A stretch of DNA of 64,000 nucleotides. Source: Curvularia clavata (lineage: Eukaryota). Shown here one piece after another: positions 13,700-25,147 of this stretch. Position 1 is the stretch's first letter, and every line of letters starts with the position of its first letter. The translations under genes were made by a program, and so were the position numbers. The stretch covers positions 4,774,001 through 4,838,000 of the forward strand of contig CP089274.1 in assembly GCA_023920165.1 (NCBI GenBank), in the 5' to 3' direction. The notes beneath the pieces are model-generated. The model did no database searches. It was given only the letters and a program-made list of their open reading frames with translations, and was not told the DNA's origin.

Positions 13700-13984
13700 G
13701 GCGCTTTGGGTTACTCCAGAAAATGACCGGCTGATAGCGCCGCAGTGTGAGTAGGGCGCATGTTCATTCGCTGAGTATATGGAAGCCAGCTGCCGTAGAG
13801 TGAGTGGAACGCGTATCGGGGGGTGGATGCCGACTTTCACATGCAACTGACGGGCCGATCCTTCGACGCATGTGGCTAGCCAGCCACATGACGCAACCAG
13901 CCAATCATGCATACTGTCAGATGCGAGGCGTTGAACCTTCATATGCCTTTCTTTCCACATGCAATGTTGACATAGTCTCGAAAA

Positions 13985-14602
13985 ATGCCAGGTTCATCTC
14001 TTTGGCTGTTGCCGCCGGCAGATCACCCTCTCAACAATGTCTTGCCGGCACTCATCGACAAAACATCCGGGCAGTTTGGTTCCCCGCACCGCTTCCTCCC
14101 CCACGTCACCCTAACGTCCGAGATCTTGCCATCAAAATACGGTTCGGATGCACAGGCATGGCTGGATTCTCTTGACTTGGTTTCCGGGAATGATGTTCGA
14201 GTCAATTTCGAGCGACTAGGTAGCGAAGATGTCTTCTTTCGAAAGTTGTACATCAAGTGCGAAAAGGACGATGGGCTGCGAAAGCTAGCAAAGCAGTGCA
14301 GGCAACAAGTGGAGGGGTTTTCAGATGAGAAGATGGCAGAGGATTGGTCCAAAGAAGCGTACATGCCACATCTCAGTTTGATGTAGTAAGTTTGTAGACT
14401 CGAATGAAGTGCGCATGTGCTGACATGTTGTAGCCACGACTGTCCTCAAGTGGATGCAAGAGGGCTAGCGTCAGTGGACATGCTTGAGGTCCAAACCGTA
14501 GGAACCTCACCAATGAGGGGCTGGGTTGGTGGCAGAGTGGTGCTAGTGCCGACTGATAGATCGATAGACCAGTGGTCACCCATTGCCGTAAGGACAATTT
14601 GA
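13985..14602 (+). CDS. CPD1: 2',3'-cyclic-nucleotide 3'-phosphodiesterase (2H phosphoesterase, Cpd1-like); intron 14386-14433
   Basis: SLWLLPP start, two HxT/S motifs (PHVTL, PHLSLMY), C-terminal VLVPT...W. Confidence 0.85.
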
Positions 14603-14782
14603 CATTGCTGTAGCCTCAAGATCTTGCTCGGTCGCGAACACAGACAAAATTGAAATGAAAAATATAAGTGGACAGTTGTTACGATGCCTTTCATTACTAA
14701 ACTAATATTACAGTGTTATAGGAAATTATCCCTGGTATCGCTTTCATGTCTGCTGATCGCGTCGTGTCATTTTGCTATGCAC

Positions 14783-16320
14783 TTATTTCATAAATCCGGC
14801 CTTGCCATCACCATCGGCATCAACCTCTGTAAAATTGGTTAGCAACCTGGCCAATGCACGGTTTCTTGTGACCTACTGGGGTTGAGCTTGTCCAACAGGC
14901 TTGGCTTGCGTTTACCTGCTTATTGTTGGCCTTTCTTTTCTTGCAATAATCTCACTTGTTCTTCTTCAGCCTGGGTGTGCGGACGGGCTTTAGAGACATC
15001 TTCTGTGAGAGCTCTAGGCAGGCCACCGTCCTCATTGGGACGATGGGCCAAGTCACCCTTGTCACTGACACCATGCGGCCTTCCCTGGGGGTCAAGCGTA
15101 CCTGTAGCGCCCATGTGTTCTGGCTCGGAGTTAGCTAGATTCGCGTGTCTTTCTTGGTTACACATACTATCGCGGGAGGGATCGTTCAAGTCGCTGCTGT
15201 CAACAGAGCTGCGGTTGTGCGACCCAGTCTTGGACAGGTCGTGAGCATCAACCTTGCCATCATTGTTGCGGTCCATGGGGTTATGAGTCCCAGCGTGGGT
15301 TCCAGTTTGGCTCTTCAAGTCGCGAGCATCAACCTTTCCATCATTGTTGCGGTCCATGGGGTTATGAGTCCCAGAGTGGGTTCCAGTTTGGCTCTTCAAG
15401 TCGCGAGCATCGACCTTTCCATCGTTGTTGCGGTCCATAGGGTTGCGAGTCTCGTAACCACCCGCATAGGCTCCGGTTTGGTTGTGGGAGCCGCTCTTCA
15501 GGTCGTGAGCATCAACCCTACCGTCATTGTTGCGGTCCAAGGGGTTGCGAGTCTCAAAGTCGCCATGGCGAGCTGAGCTGTGGGGCGCGGTATGGCTGTG
15601 GGGTGTGGTCTTGTGAGAAAGGCCCTCAGAAGCAGCGAGAGTGCTAACACCTCCAATGTTCTTAGGAACACCGTCAAATTCATCGTATCGTTCCTCACGA
15701 CCTGTCAGGGAGCCACCCTTGGCCTTGAACTGCTCCATGGTCATCGCAGGCAGAGCAGTGGTCTCATGGTGGGTAGCCTTGTTGTGGTGTACCTCGTGAA
15801 TGGGAACTGTGGTGTGAACCACGCTGGGCTGAATAGTCTCCTTCTGAACCACGGGCTGAATAGTCTCATGAATGTGCTTGAAGATGTCAGCTTTAACAAT
15901 AAAAGGAAAGTAATGTTGCGGTACACTTACGTGGTGAATATGTTCTCCGCCAATGGTGGGAGCAACGCTCTGGCTGTGAGTGGTCTCCTCGACGCGCCTC
16001 TCGTCCGCAAAACGGGCTTGTTCATCAATCAGGGCTCTCTTGGTGCCTTCCATATCACGGTGGTCAAACTCGCGGTGCTGGACTGCTCCAAGCTTGGCAG
16101 TGTGTTTCTCTGGAAGGACCTCTCGGTCTTGGATAGGCTGGATAGTGCGGTGGTAGTGGTCTTGGTGAACCTCCTTGTCAATCGCGGTGTTGATCTCCTC
16201 GTGAACATGGGGCTTGATGACCTCGTGCTGCACAGCCGGAGCAACCGCCTCATGGACAGTAGTGTCATGATGGCCTGACTTGCCCATGAACTCAGTGATC
16301 GCTGCCTTTGCTTTATCCAT
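14783..16320 (-). CDS. His-rich 'allergen-like' fungal protein with four DxNxDG repeats and two possible C-termini (stop at 14920 or 14783)
   Basis: MDKAKAAITEFMGKSGHHDTTVHE.. family N-terminus; in-frame intron 15877-15930; donor at 15167 with acceptors at 15120 or 14916; final intron 14827-14876 gives KPSLLDKLNPKVDADGDGKAGFMK*. Confidence 0.8.
15237..15548 (-). repeat. Four coding tandem repeats (spacing 81, 81, 102 bp) encoding NP(M/L)DRNNDG(K/R)VDA(R/H)DL
   Basis: Near-identical units gagcatc(a/g)acc..cc(a/g)tc.ttgttgcggtcca at about 15241, 15322, 15403 and 15505. Confidence 0.92.
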
Positions 16321-17811
16321 TTTGATTTGTAGTGGTGTGACTGTTGTTGGTAGAGATGGCAGTATTGGTGTACAGGATATTCAATTGATTTGTTGGTGAA
16401 CGATGTGTTGTTGTGATGACGCTCCAAGATGTCCATACAGTCTCTCTTTATACATCGAGAGTGCTGGCAGGACGAATGCACAACGACGTAATTGACATAT
16501 CAGAGGCTTGGTAGCCCGGAAGCTGCCACCCCCACTACGCTACCTATAGGGCAGCAAGTCATCATCATAGGACAGCACGAAAGCAATAGCGGACTGGTGC
16601 CATGTGGTTCACAATCCAATGACTCCAGCGGCGCCCATTCGACCATTCAGGATGGAAACTGCCAGCAGCTGGTGGTTTCCCAAATAGGACTAATCGGTGT
16701 ATCCGCAGACTGCGAGAAAGATGGGTCTGGTTCATTGTCCGCGGACTCTACCACTAGAAAGACGCTTGGTGCTGTCCGTTGCACGCGTGCCGAAGAGCTA
16801 GTCGGCACGATGTGGTCATCTTGCGTATTACAGTTGTACACAAACAGGAATTGGAAGTCACCCAGCATTTGGCATCGCCGCAGCGAGCTTCAAGTTTGGT
16901 CGAGATGGTGCATGTAACAGATGGATGGGAGAAGGGCAAGCATTGACGATCTGGGAGATCGACGCTAGGATGACCCGCCCCTTGTAAGACAGGTCGATCA
17001 CCAATGGACAACCGTAACATGCCTGAACAATCACCATCCTTGGCCATTGCAAACTGCGTCACCAGCAATGCTATTTCTTTGTTGAGTTTCGCCCCGCTCC
17101 GAAGACAGGTCGACCCTGTGGGGGTGCATCTGCACCAGTTTCGGAAGCCCCGGCGGCGTGGCTTCGACTAGATGATGGCTAGAATCGCCTACTGTACCGT
17201 GCTGATCAACTGGGGGAGCCGTCCACGACCAGACTTCCCGTCCTTGTCGTCATGCCGCTGCGATCTTCGCCATGACATCTTAGCTCTATTGTAGTATTCA
17301 TTTTCATCTAGCTTTTGTGGCCACTACACAGTGGAAATAGCCACCACTTAGTACAAAGACACGTACCTGCTTGGTGAATTGTACGTCATTCTTACTTGCC
17401 GCCCTATCCTATTGCCATGTGGTTCGGCTGGCGTTGTGGAACAGAAATCTAATGGAAATTCAAATCTGGCTTGATGGGCGATGTACCGCAAGAAAGGAGC
17501 TGTGTTGCGTGTCCTCATTAAGCCATCGGCTCCCTTGGCTGGCGCGACACAGCATTTGTGAAGCCACTGCAGCCGGCGTCTCTGTTTTGCATAGGCGCGT
17601 TCTAGAACGCTCTTATGTGATTGGGCTTCGTTGCTCCTTGACTTGGGCCAATGCTTTGAGCTGTGGGTAGGTGTTTTAATACGTCATCCAGCCTCGCGCT
17701 CTGATCATAGTTCCGTGGAAGTAGGCTGAAATTCACCTCACCCCGCGTAGCCAGCATTCATCCTGTGTAGTCACCTCCAAACACCGGTTTTCTACCCGTC
17801 TGGTCATTAAC

Positions 17812-19252
17812 ATGAGGGAAAAATTCAAGGCCGTGCTTCACAGAAGGAAGAGGTCAACTCCAACACAATCTCCACGAGCATCATATGAGCAGTCTGAATA
17901 TGGTAGTCCACATGCTGAGGAGAGTCCTAATTCCCACCTTCAACACGATCGACGCAGGTCTTCGGCGTCTCATAACGTCTCTCCCCGAAGAAGTCATGTT
18001 CAGACATCCAATAGCACACACATAGTCGGTCACTTGGCTACTGCACCACTTGAATCTGTCCACAATTCACCGTCAAATGATACTACATCCAGCCAGTCGG
18101 TCGCCGACAACAGCAGGACCCATATGTCTACCGTCGCTCCTAGCGAAGATTTGGCGATAGAAAGCAGCGACACCAGTCCTTCAGCATCGTCTCACGATAC
18201 TAATCGGTCAAACCCTCTTCTACCAACATCATGTACGCTCTATGGCATGCAACTACCGGAGACAAAAGAACTAACTCATACACAGATTCTAACAATGGCG
18301 GTGCTCGAGAAGAATTTTTCGGTAGGGCTGTTACCACCAATGGCAACCTGGTAGAGAAACCTCAGTGGGATCATACAGCGAACACAGGAAGAAGGCGATC
18401 GCAGAGCTCGGGAAGAGACAGGCATGTTCATCGGGATATGGCCGTCAAACCTGCCGATTTTGACACTTCTGGTGCCCACGATGGTACATTCAGTGGTGAC
18501 GAGTGGCAATCCAAGCAAGAATCAATGCTCACGGGAGTAGTGGATTTAGGTAATACAGTAGATACAGACAGAGAAACTTCATGGGCTCCTGGTAAGTCAT
18601 GCTTCTACTGCAATCTAGTGCAGTTATCAAACTACATGTATAAAGTCGTCTGACCAGAAGCATAATAGCGGTTACGCACGAGGTTGTCAAGCCTCACGAG
18701 CACGAGATTGTCCAGCACAAAATCTATCGAGAGATCCACAACTATACCTACTACCACCGACTTCAGCCTGTAATGCAAACCGAAGTTCTTCCACCCCGTC
18801 ATTTCATCCCTAACCCCGATGGAGAAGGATTGATTGAGATTTCGGCTGATGAACTGCCATCTCGAACAGGCAAGAATAGATGGTGGGATATTGTTCAAAA
18901 GGAACCAGTGCTTCCAGAAGCCCCGTTTCGATGGCGCACTGAGCCACAAGTCATCGAGGGGAAACCATACATGACCGACGAGGGCTTCGAACGCAGAGAG
19001 ACCACCATCATATATCCACCGACGCTGGAAGATATGTCGAATTACGGTGGAATGATACAACCCGTCCATTTCGATCACAAGACTGGAAGGCGTTGGCTGG
19101 GGGAGATAACCACCGTCGAGAAGTTAAAACGAGAGCTGGATGGTATAGATGATGGCGACTTTATGAAAATGAAGGACATCACGGCCAACTTGCCTGGAAT
19201 ACCTGAGAGTCCATTGGTTAAGCGAAAGCCTGTTGAGAGGAACTCTTTCTGA
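17812..19252 (+). CDS. Hypothetical protein with the same His-rich domain as the divergent neighbour; exons 17812-18232, 18286-18591, 18669-19252
   Basis: Three ORFs joined by GT-AG introns; spliced product contains WAPAVTHEVVKPHEHEIVQHKIYREIHNYTYYHRLQPVMQTEVLPPRHF. Confidence 0.8.
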
Positions 19253-20732
19253 CGGGCATGGCTGCATTCATTGAGCTGATAGATTGTGGTACAGCTGACC
19301 ATGGCTATAATTCATCAGATGCTGAAATCGTAATGCGTGTTCCCAGGTAGAAATTAGAGGCCCGACTTATCAAATGTAGACATCTTTACATGGCGTACTT
19401 TCACTCCTTTACTTAAGATTGTCGGAATGCGCAGCAGTTTCAAGTTAAGGAAGCTCCGGGGGGATCATCACCGCGATTTGACACTCGCCAGAGCCATAGA
19501 GTCGGGTCTGCATCAGCAGGAAAAATCCGCCAGGTCCCAGCAGAGTAGTGGGGTGCATTATGCCTGCATACATCGGATCGCCAAACCTCACTTGATGACA
19601 ACCAACATACCGGTATTCTTGCGCGCAGAGAAGCTTTTGGCATGTACCAAGGCCATTCAGCTAGAAATATATCTCATGGCGTCGATCCTCTCATAGCAAC
19701 AAGATTTTCATGGCACAATCCCTATGGCGAAACCGTATCAAAAGACTGCTATATGTATCAGGTGAGGTTCAAGGTCAGAATTACACATAATATCTTATAC
19801 CATTTATCCTGAGGAGAAAAAGAATAGCGTATTGGGTGTAGGGTCGCCTCAGGCTGTGTTCACGCATGCATTCAAGATGCAGACAAGCCTTGGGTGCACA
19901 GCGAAGACCAGGCAAGACCTAAGCAAGCCTAGAGCCAACCCGCCATCCAAGTGATGCCAAGGTAGCTTTAGCCAATATGAGCGGAGTGCGGGTGCGTTCA
20001 TTGGAGAAGCTTTGCTAGCCAAGGTGCGTGTGAGGGGCGGACAGGTTCTGGTCCTAGTATTCGGTGCCAAAGAATCGGGGAGGCCGATGGGAAACCTCGT
20101 ATAGCTCAACAACACCATGGCGCGATACGGTGCAAAGGAAAACCATTCTCGAGGGCATTTCGACAGCGCGCCGACGCTACTCCGCAACCCCGCCTATGTA
20201 TCGATATCTGGCTAGAAGCTCGGCCCCTGCACCGCGAACGACGTTTATCGGATCTTCTCCGCTTAAGAACAGGGCACAAAACACCGACGCGGGATGCATA
20301 ATCCCACCCACAGTTCGGCCTTTGTGCGTCTAGTGGAGCGCTGAATGGGTTAAGATGTTCGCTTGCAAGCAGCATTGCTGCGGCAAATTGCTCAGCTCGA
20401 TGGCGATTCGCCCTTGGTTGCCCCCAGACTTGGAGAAAGACGTATACTTGCAAATGCCCAGCTGAGCCAAGGTGGACTAGTGCCTTCACCACAGTGGAGC
20501 TCCTGCAGGGTTACATGCCCACGCTAGGACTGCTGAGATATTTATCAAGCCGGCACATGCACCGCTGCCGTTTGCCTCCTCTGCTATCTTTGGCCTCTGT
20601 GAACCCGGTGTACCATTCGCAACTCGACCCTCACTCCGACCAAAGTTTCATGGCGTTTGTCGTGCAATTTTTTGCTTTACTTCTCAAAACAATACTCTGA
20701 GGTCCTGTACTGGTCTTCGACTTTCAGGCAAT

Positions 20733-22963
20733 ATGGCTACTTCCACCAGGGACTTTGAGACCAGTGCTCCTTACGCGGACAAGACCCAGAATTTCGTTGT
20801 CGATGAAGAGAAAAACAACAACTACGAAGTTGGTCCTCGTCGCTCCAGCACAGTGGGATCAGTTAGATCAGTTAGCGACAATACACATCGCAAGCTCAAA
20901 AGCAGGCACATTCAGCTTATAGGTATTGGTGGAACGATCGGAACAGCCCTTTATGTCCAGATCGGTCGAGGATTAATGAATGGCGGCCCTGCGTCATTGT
21001 TCATTGCATTTTCGTTATGGTAAGTTTCCCGTAAGGCCCAGTAGCACATCCAAAAAAAGCTAGAAATGGATCTGGAACTGATTTTGATAGGTGTACCGTC
21101 ATTTTGGCTGTGACCCTTAGTGAGACTCCAATTCCTCAATCCCCAAGCAAATATATGCCCATTGCGACAATGCCCAAGTACCTTTCAAATCGCCCAAAGC
21201 AACTCGCCCCATTGCTAGTGCGGTAACACAGAGCCCTAGCTAATGCGCCCCGATAGGCATTGCCGAAATGGTTACTTTTCTCCCAATATCCTCACCATTT
21301 ATTCGCTTCGCTGGACGCTTCGTGGACGACGCTTTCGGCTTCGCAGCCGGATGGAATTTTTTCGTCTTCGAGGCAGCCCTTGTGCCCTTTGAGATTGTGG
21401 CTTGTAACGTAATCATTGGTTTTTGGAGCTCGGCTGTGCCCGCTGGCGGTATCATCGCTATCGTCCTTGTCCTTTATGCGTACGTTGACCCATCTTCTAT
21501 CCTGATGTTTGATATTGAGCACCGAAACATCCTTTGCGCTGGATTTGGTACCGCAGCCCATCTGCCTACCGCTTTATATAATATTCAGATGTATCCGAAC
21601 CATGTACTGGATATAAGTCGGCACCAGGCCATCACATCCGTCTTAAAATGACCCATTAAATGACCAAAAGGAAAGAGGCTGACAAAATGCTAGTGTCATT
21701 AACATGATGGCGGTGAAATGGTACGGAGAAACAGAGTTTTATGCTGCAATTGGCAAAGGTGAGGACGGTCGAACAACACTCTACACATATTGCTAACTTC
21801 ACCAGTTTTGCTCATCATTGGCCTGCTTCTATTTACCTTCATTTCTATGCTGGGCGGCAACCCCGAAAAAGACCGATACGGCTTCCGATACTGGAAGAAT
21901 CCCGGAAGTTTCACCGAGCTCTACTACGATGGAGAGCTAGGAAGATTCTTAGGTTTCCTCCAATGCTTAATCCAGGCATCCTTCACCATCGCCGGCCCAG
22001 ACTACGTCTCCATGGCCGCAGGAGAGACTGAGAACCCACGCAAAGTTATGCCCCGCGCTTACAATGCCGTCTTTTACCGCCTCACTGCCTTCTTTGTGCT
22101 CGGATCCCTGGCTGTAGGAATCAATGTGCCATACAACGATCCTGAACTCATCGCTGCCTTCAAACTCGGCAAGCCCGGTGCCGCAGCCTCTCCCTACGTT
22201 ATCGCCATGAACAGACTCCGCATCGAAGGGCTTCCACATGTCGTCAACGCAGGTGTCCTCGCATCTGCCTTTTCCGCAGGAAACTCTTACGTCTACTGCG
22301 CATCACGATCGCTCTTTGGTCTCGCGCTCGAAGGCAAAGCGCCCAGGTTTCTCACCAAATGCACAAAGCAAGGTGTCCCCTTCTACTGTGTCCTCGTCGT
22401 TCTCCTTATTGCGCTTCTCTCGTTCCTCCAGCTGAGTGAGAATTCGGCCGTCGTACTGAACTGGTTCGTTAGCTTGGTCACGGCTTCCCAGCTCATCAAC
22501 TTCAGCGTCATGTGCTTCACCTTCTTGCGCTTCTACAAGGCGTGTCAAGTGCAGGGACTGGATCGAAACACATTGCCATACAAGGGTATCTTGCAGCCAT
22601 ATGCAGCGTGGTACGGCCTCGTTTGCACCTTCGTCATGACATTTGTCGGTGGCTACACAGTCTTCTTGAAGGGAAACTGGGATGTGCCATCTTTCTTGTT
22701 TTCGTACTTGATGTAAGTCTTTTCTTTTTAGTCCCGCCTCCTTTTATAAGCAATAGCTTCGTCTCTGACAGTGTACTTGCAGGGTCTTTATTTTCCCCGT
22801 CCTCGTAATTGGCTGGAAGATCGTCAAAAAGTCGAAATGGGTCAAGTCGCACGAAACGGACCTCGTTACGGATCTGGCCGAGATCGAGGAGTACCATCGT
22901 ACGTATGTCGAGAAGCCAGAGACGAACCCGTTCAATCGTTTCCTAGACAAGGTCTTTGGTTAG
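20733..22963 (+). CDS. Amino acid permease (APC/YAT family, Agp2-like); exons 20733-21019, 21091-21119, 21257-21479, 21694-21758, 21806-22712, 22783-22963
   Basis: RKLKSRHIQLIGIGGTIGTALY, AEMVTFLP, YGETEF, YGFRYWKNPG, AGETENPRK, AAASPYVIAM, SAGNSYVYCASRSL; many TM helices; includes a 29-bp microexon. Confidence 0.93.
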
Positions 22964-23272
22964 GTGTTGCTTGCAGGAGATGTAACCGAGTCAGCTGTTC
23001 TTGTTGACAAAGTGTTATGTCTCTTCGAGTGTTCACTATCTTTGCAATGGAAGATCACGAAGTCTGCTATACCCGGGTAGTAGGCCGGTCTCTTTAGAGC
23101 AGATAAATAGGTTTGATAACTGAATGTATTATGACTTTTATCACCCCATCTTGTGGATATCATTGAACTTTCAACATCTTCCAACACCTAAAAATCAATG
23201 CTATGGCAACAGCAGCACATGCCTGTCAATAACCAACAAATTCCCCGAGAAACGCCGTCCACATAAAATACC

Positions 23273-24544
23273 TCAGAACAAAAAAGTGGGTATATCATCC
23301 GCATTCAACGTCTTCCTCTTCTTGTCTCTATCGTTCTTCTCGCGGTCTGCTCTGCGCTTCGCCAACCGCGCCTCAAGGTCTTCACTCCTACCACCGGCCT
23401 CAGAGCCCTTTTGCTGCACCTTCGTTCCGCTGGAGAAGCTCGTTGATCGTACATGCACACTGTGCTTTGCATTGTCAAAGGGGTCAAATGAGCGGGAAGG
23501 CTTGGTTGTGGCTGGTGTACGAGGCGTAGCTGGTGATTTGATGGGTTGCTCCGGTGAAGCTGGGTACTGTGACTTCTTTGGTACCCAATCGTCGAGCATT
23601 TCGAATGGCGTTGCTCGACTTATTCTCGAGCGCGCTTTAGTTACGGCTTGGGGTGGTGCAGGTTTAATAAAGGTAGGAGACGAAATCTTTGTAATGGGGG
23701 TGGGAGATGAGACACCATTCAATCCACCTGCGGGGTTGTTGATCTTAGGTGAGGGCGTGGTGATGGCTTCCAGGCGTGGCTTTATTGGGCGCCGTAGCGT
23801 ATCCAGATCCTCGCTATCGCTACCTGGTGCTGCACGTGGTCTTGGTTTTGGTGAATCTGCTAGAGCTCTCTTGGTGATGGAAGACAAAGGCGTAGATTTG
23901 TTGTATGTCACATGGGTTGAGGACATTGTTCGTGTCTTTTCTCTCTCGTCGTCTTGAGACGCAAAAACATCCCGAATAGCTTTCTTCTGTTGCTGCTCCT
24001 GTGATTCGGCCTTGCTTTTCATAGTTCCAACCGTCGACATCTTCGCGTTAGCAACTACCGGTCTTGACACAGCGCCCTTCTTCTTTTCCTCAATGATTTC
24101 TTTGAGTCTCTCATATTCTGCAATGTGCAGGTGCCGTGTGAATAGCTTTGCAGTCTCCAGAAACTCGTCTTCAACCATCATCCATTCATCATCACGTAGG
24201 TCGAATTTTGAGACGCTTTTACGCATCCGTTCAGCACGTGGCTGTTCGAGATATTCTGTCAGAGGTGGTGGCGAGGATGATTCTTCGCGCCTTTCTGTAA
24301 ATGCATCCTTCTTCCTGAGTTTTGCATGTGGTGTTGGCGGTTCTGCTGGTATATTTGGGAGGCTACTGTCTGAGTCGCTGGCCTCTCCTCTACCTCTGTG
24401 CCCGCTTGCCGATATCGTCGTGCCTGCAAAGAACTCATCCCCATCGATATTCACGCGCGATGCCGCAACTGAACTCAAACTTGTTGGGTTTACTTTGGCT
24501 CGACTAGTGGCGCCTGTGCTTGCCCAAGGAAGTCGACGCGGCAT
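23273..24544 (-). CDS. Hypothetical fungal protein, 423 aa, mostly disordered
   Basis: Single long ORF with a conserved-looking core DDEWMMVEDEFLETAKLFTRHLHIAEY and a C-terminal DDIPTFLF. Confidence 0.8.
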   Translation of the reverse strand: MPRRLPWASTGATSRAKVNPTSLSSVAASRVNIDGDEFFAGTTISASGHRGRGEASDSDSSLPNIPAEPPTPHAKLRKKDAFTERREESSSPPPLTEYLEQPRAERMRKSVSKFDLRDDEWMMVEDEFLETAKLFTRHLHIAEYERLKEIIEEKKKGAVSRPVVANAKMSTVGTMKSKAESQEQQQKKAIRDVFASQDDEREKTRTMSSTHVTYNKSTPLSSITKRALADSPKPRPRAAPGSDSEDLDTLRRPIKPRLEAITTPSPKINNPAGGLNGVSSPTPITKISSPTFIKPAPPQAVTKARSRISRATPFEMLDDWVPKKSQYPASPEQPIKSPATPRTPATTKPSRSFDPFDNAKHSVHVRSTSFSSGTKVQQKGSEAGGRSEDLEARLAKRRADREKNDRDKKRKTLNADDIPTFLF

Positions 24545-25147
24545 AGTAGCTGCGGGTTTGGTGGATCAGTTGTATACAAGCGGAGGTTGTTGGTGGATTG
24601 ATATGGGCGTGCGCGACATGTTTGGATGCTCTGCCAAACACTGACACTAATCTCACGCTTTCAGGGAAGCATCACGCTTTGTAAGGGCCTCAAGGCTCAA
24701 AGGCCATGGTGCATGTGCACACCAAAGTGAACGGCTCGCTCCCGCCCAGCCACGTGCTCTGACACGTTACCGATTTCGGCTAGACCCACTTTCGTTTGTG
24801 CGCCCTTCCGAATTAGCTGCTGGCAATCTGTGGCATTCTGGCACCTGTCTCTCCGCCCTCATATTTAACACGTTGCGCTTCCACCTAGTTCTACGACAAT
24901 CGATGTTTGCCTAGACAACGGGTACTCATGGAGCCTCCGCGTGCCAAGCTGCTGGCATCGAGGTCTGTGCTCGACGCTGCAGCTTCATAGCAACACATAT
25001 TGAGACAACCTCACAACTGTGTCCATCCGTTTTCGTCTGTGTCGTTAGATGATTCAAAGATCATTTCTCCGCGCGTAAACCTCTACCAAGCATAAATTGG
25101 CCTGCAAAACTTCCGTTGGTTCACAACAACCACCCACTCTATCAGCC

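Noticed and set aside
14916..14955. 40-bp GT-AG candidate intron removing the stop at 14920
   Set aside because: Very short, no good branch point, and it shifts the frame away from the KPSLLDKLNP motif.
15237..15548. Regularly spaced repeats as a CRISPR-like array
   Set aside because: Eukaryotic coding repeats; the spacers are themselves duplicated and in frame.
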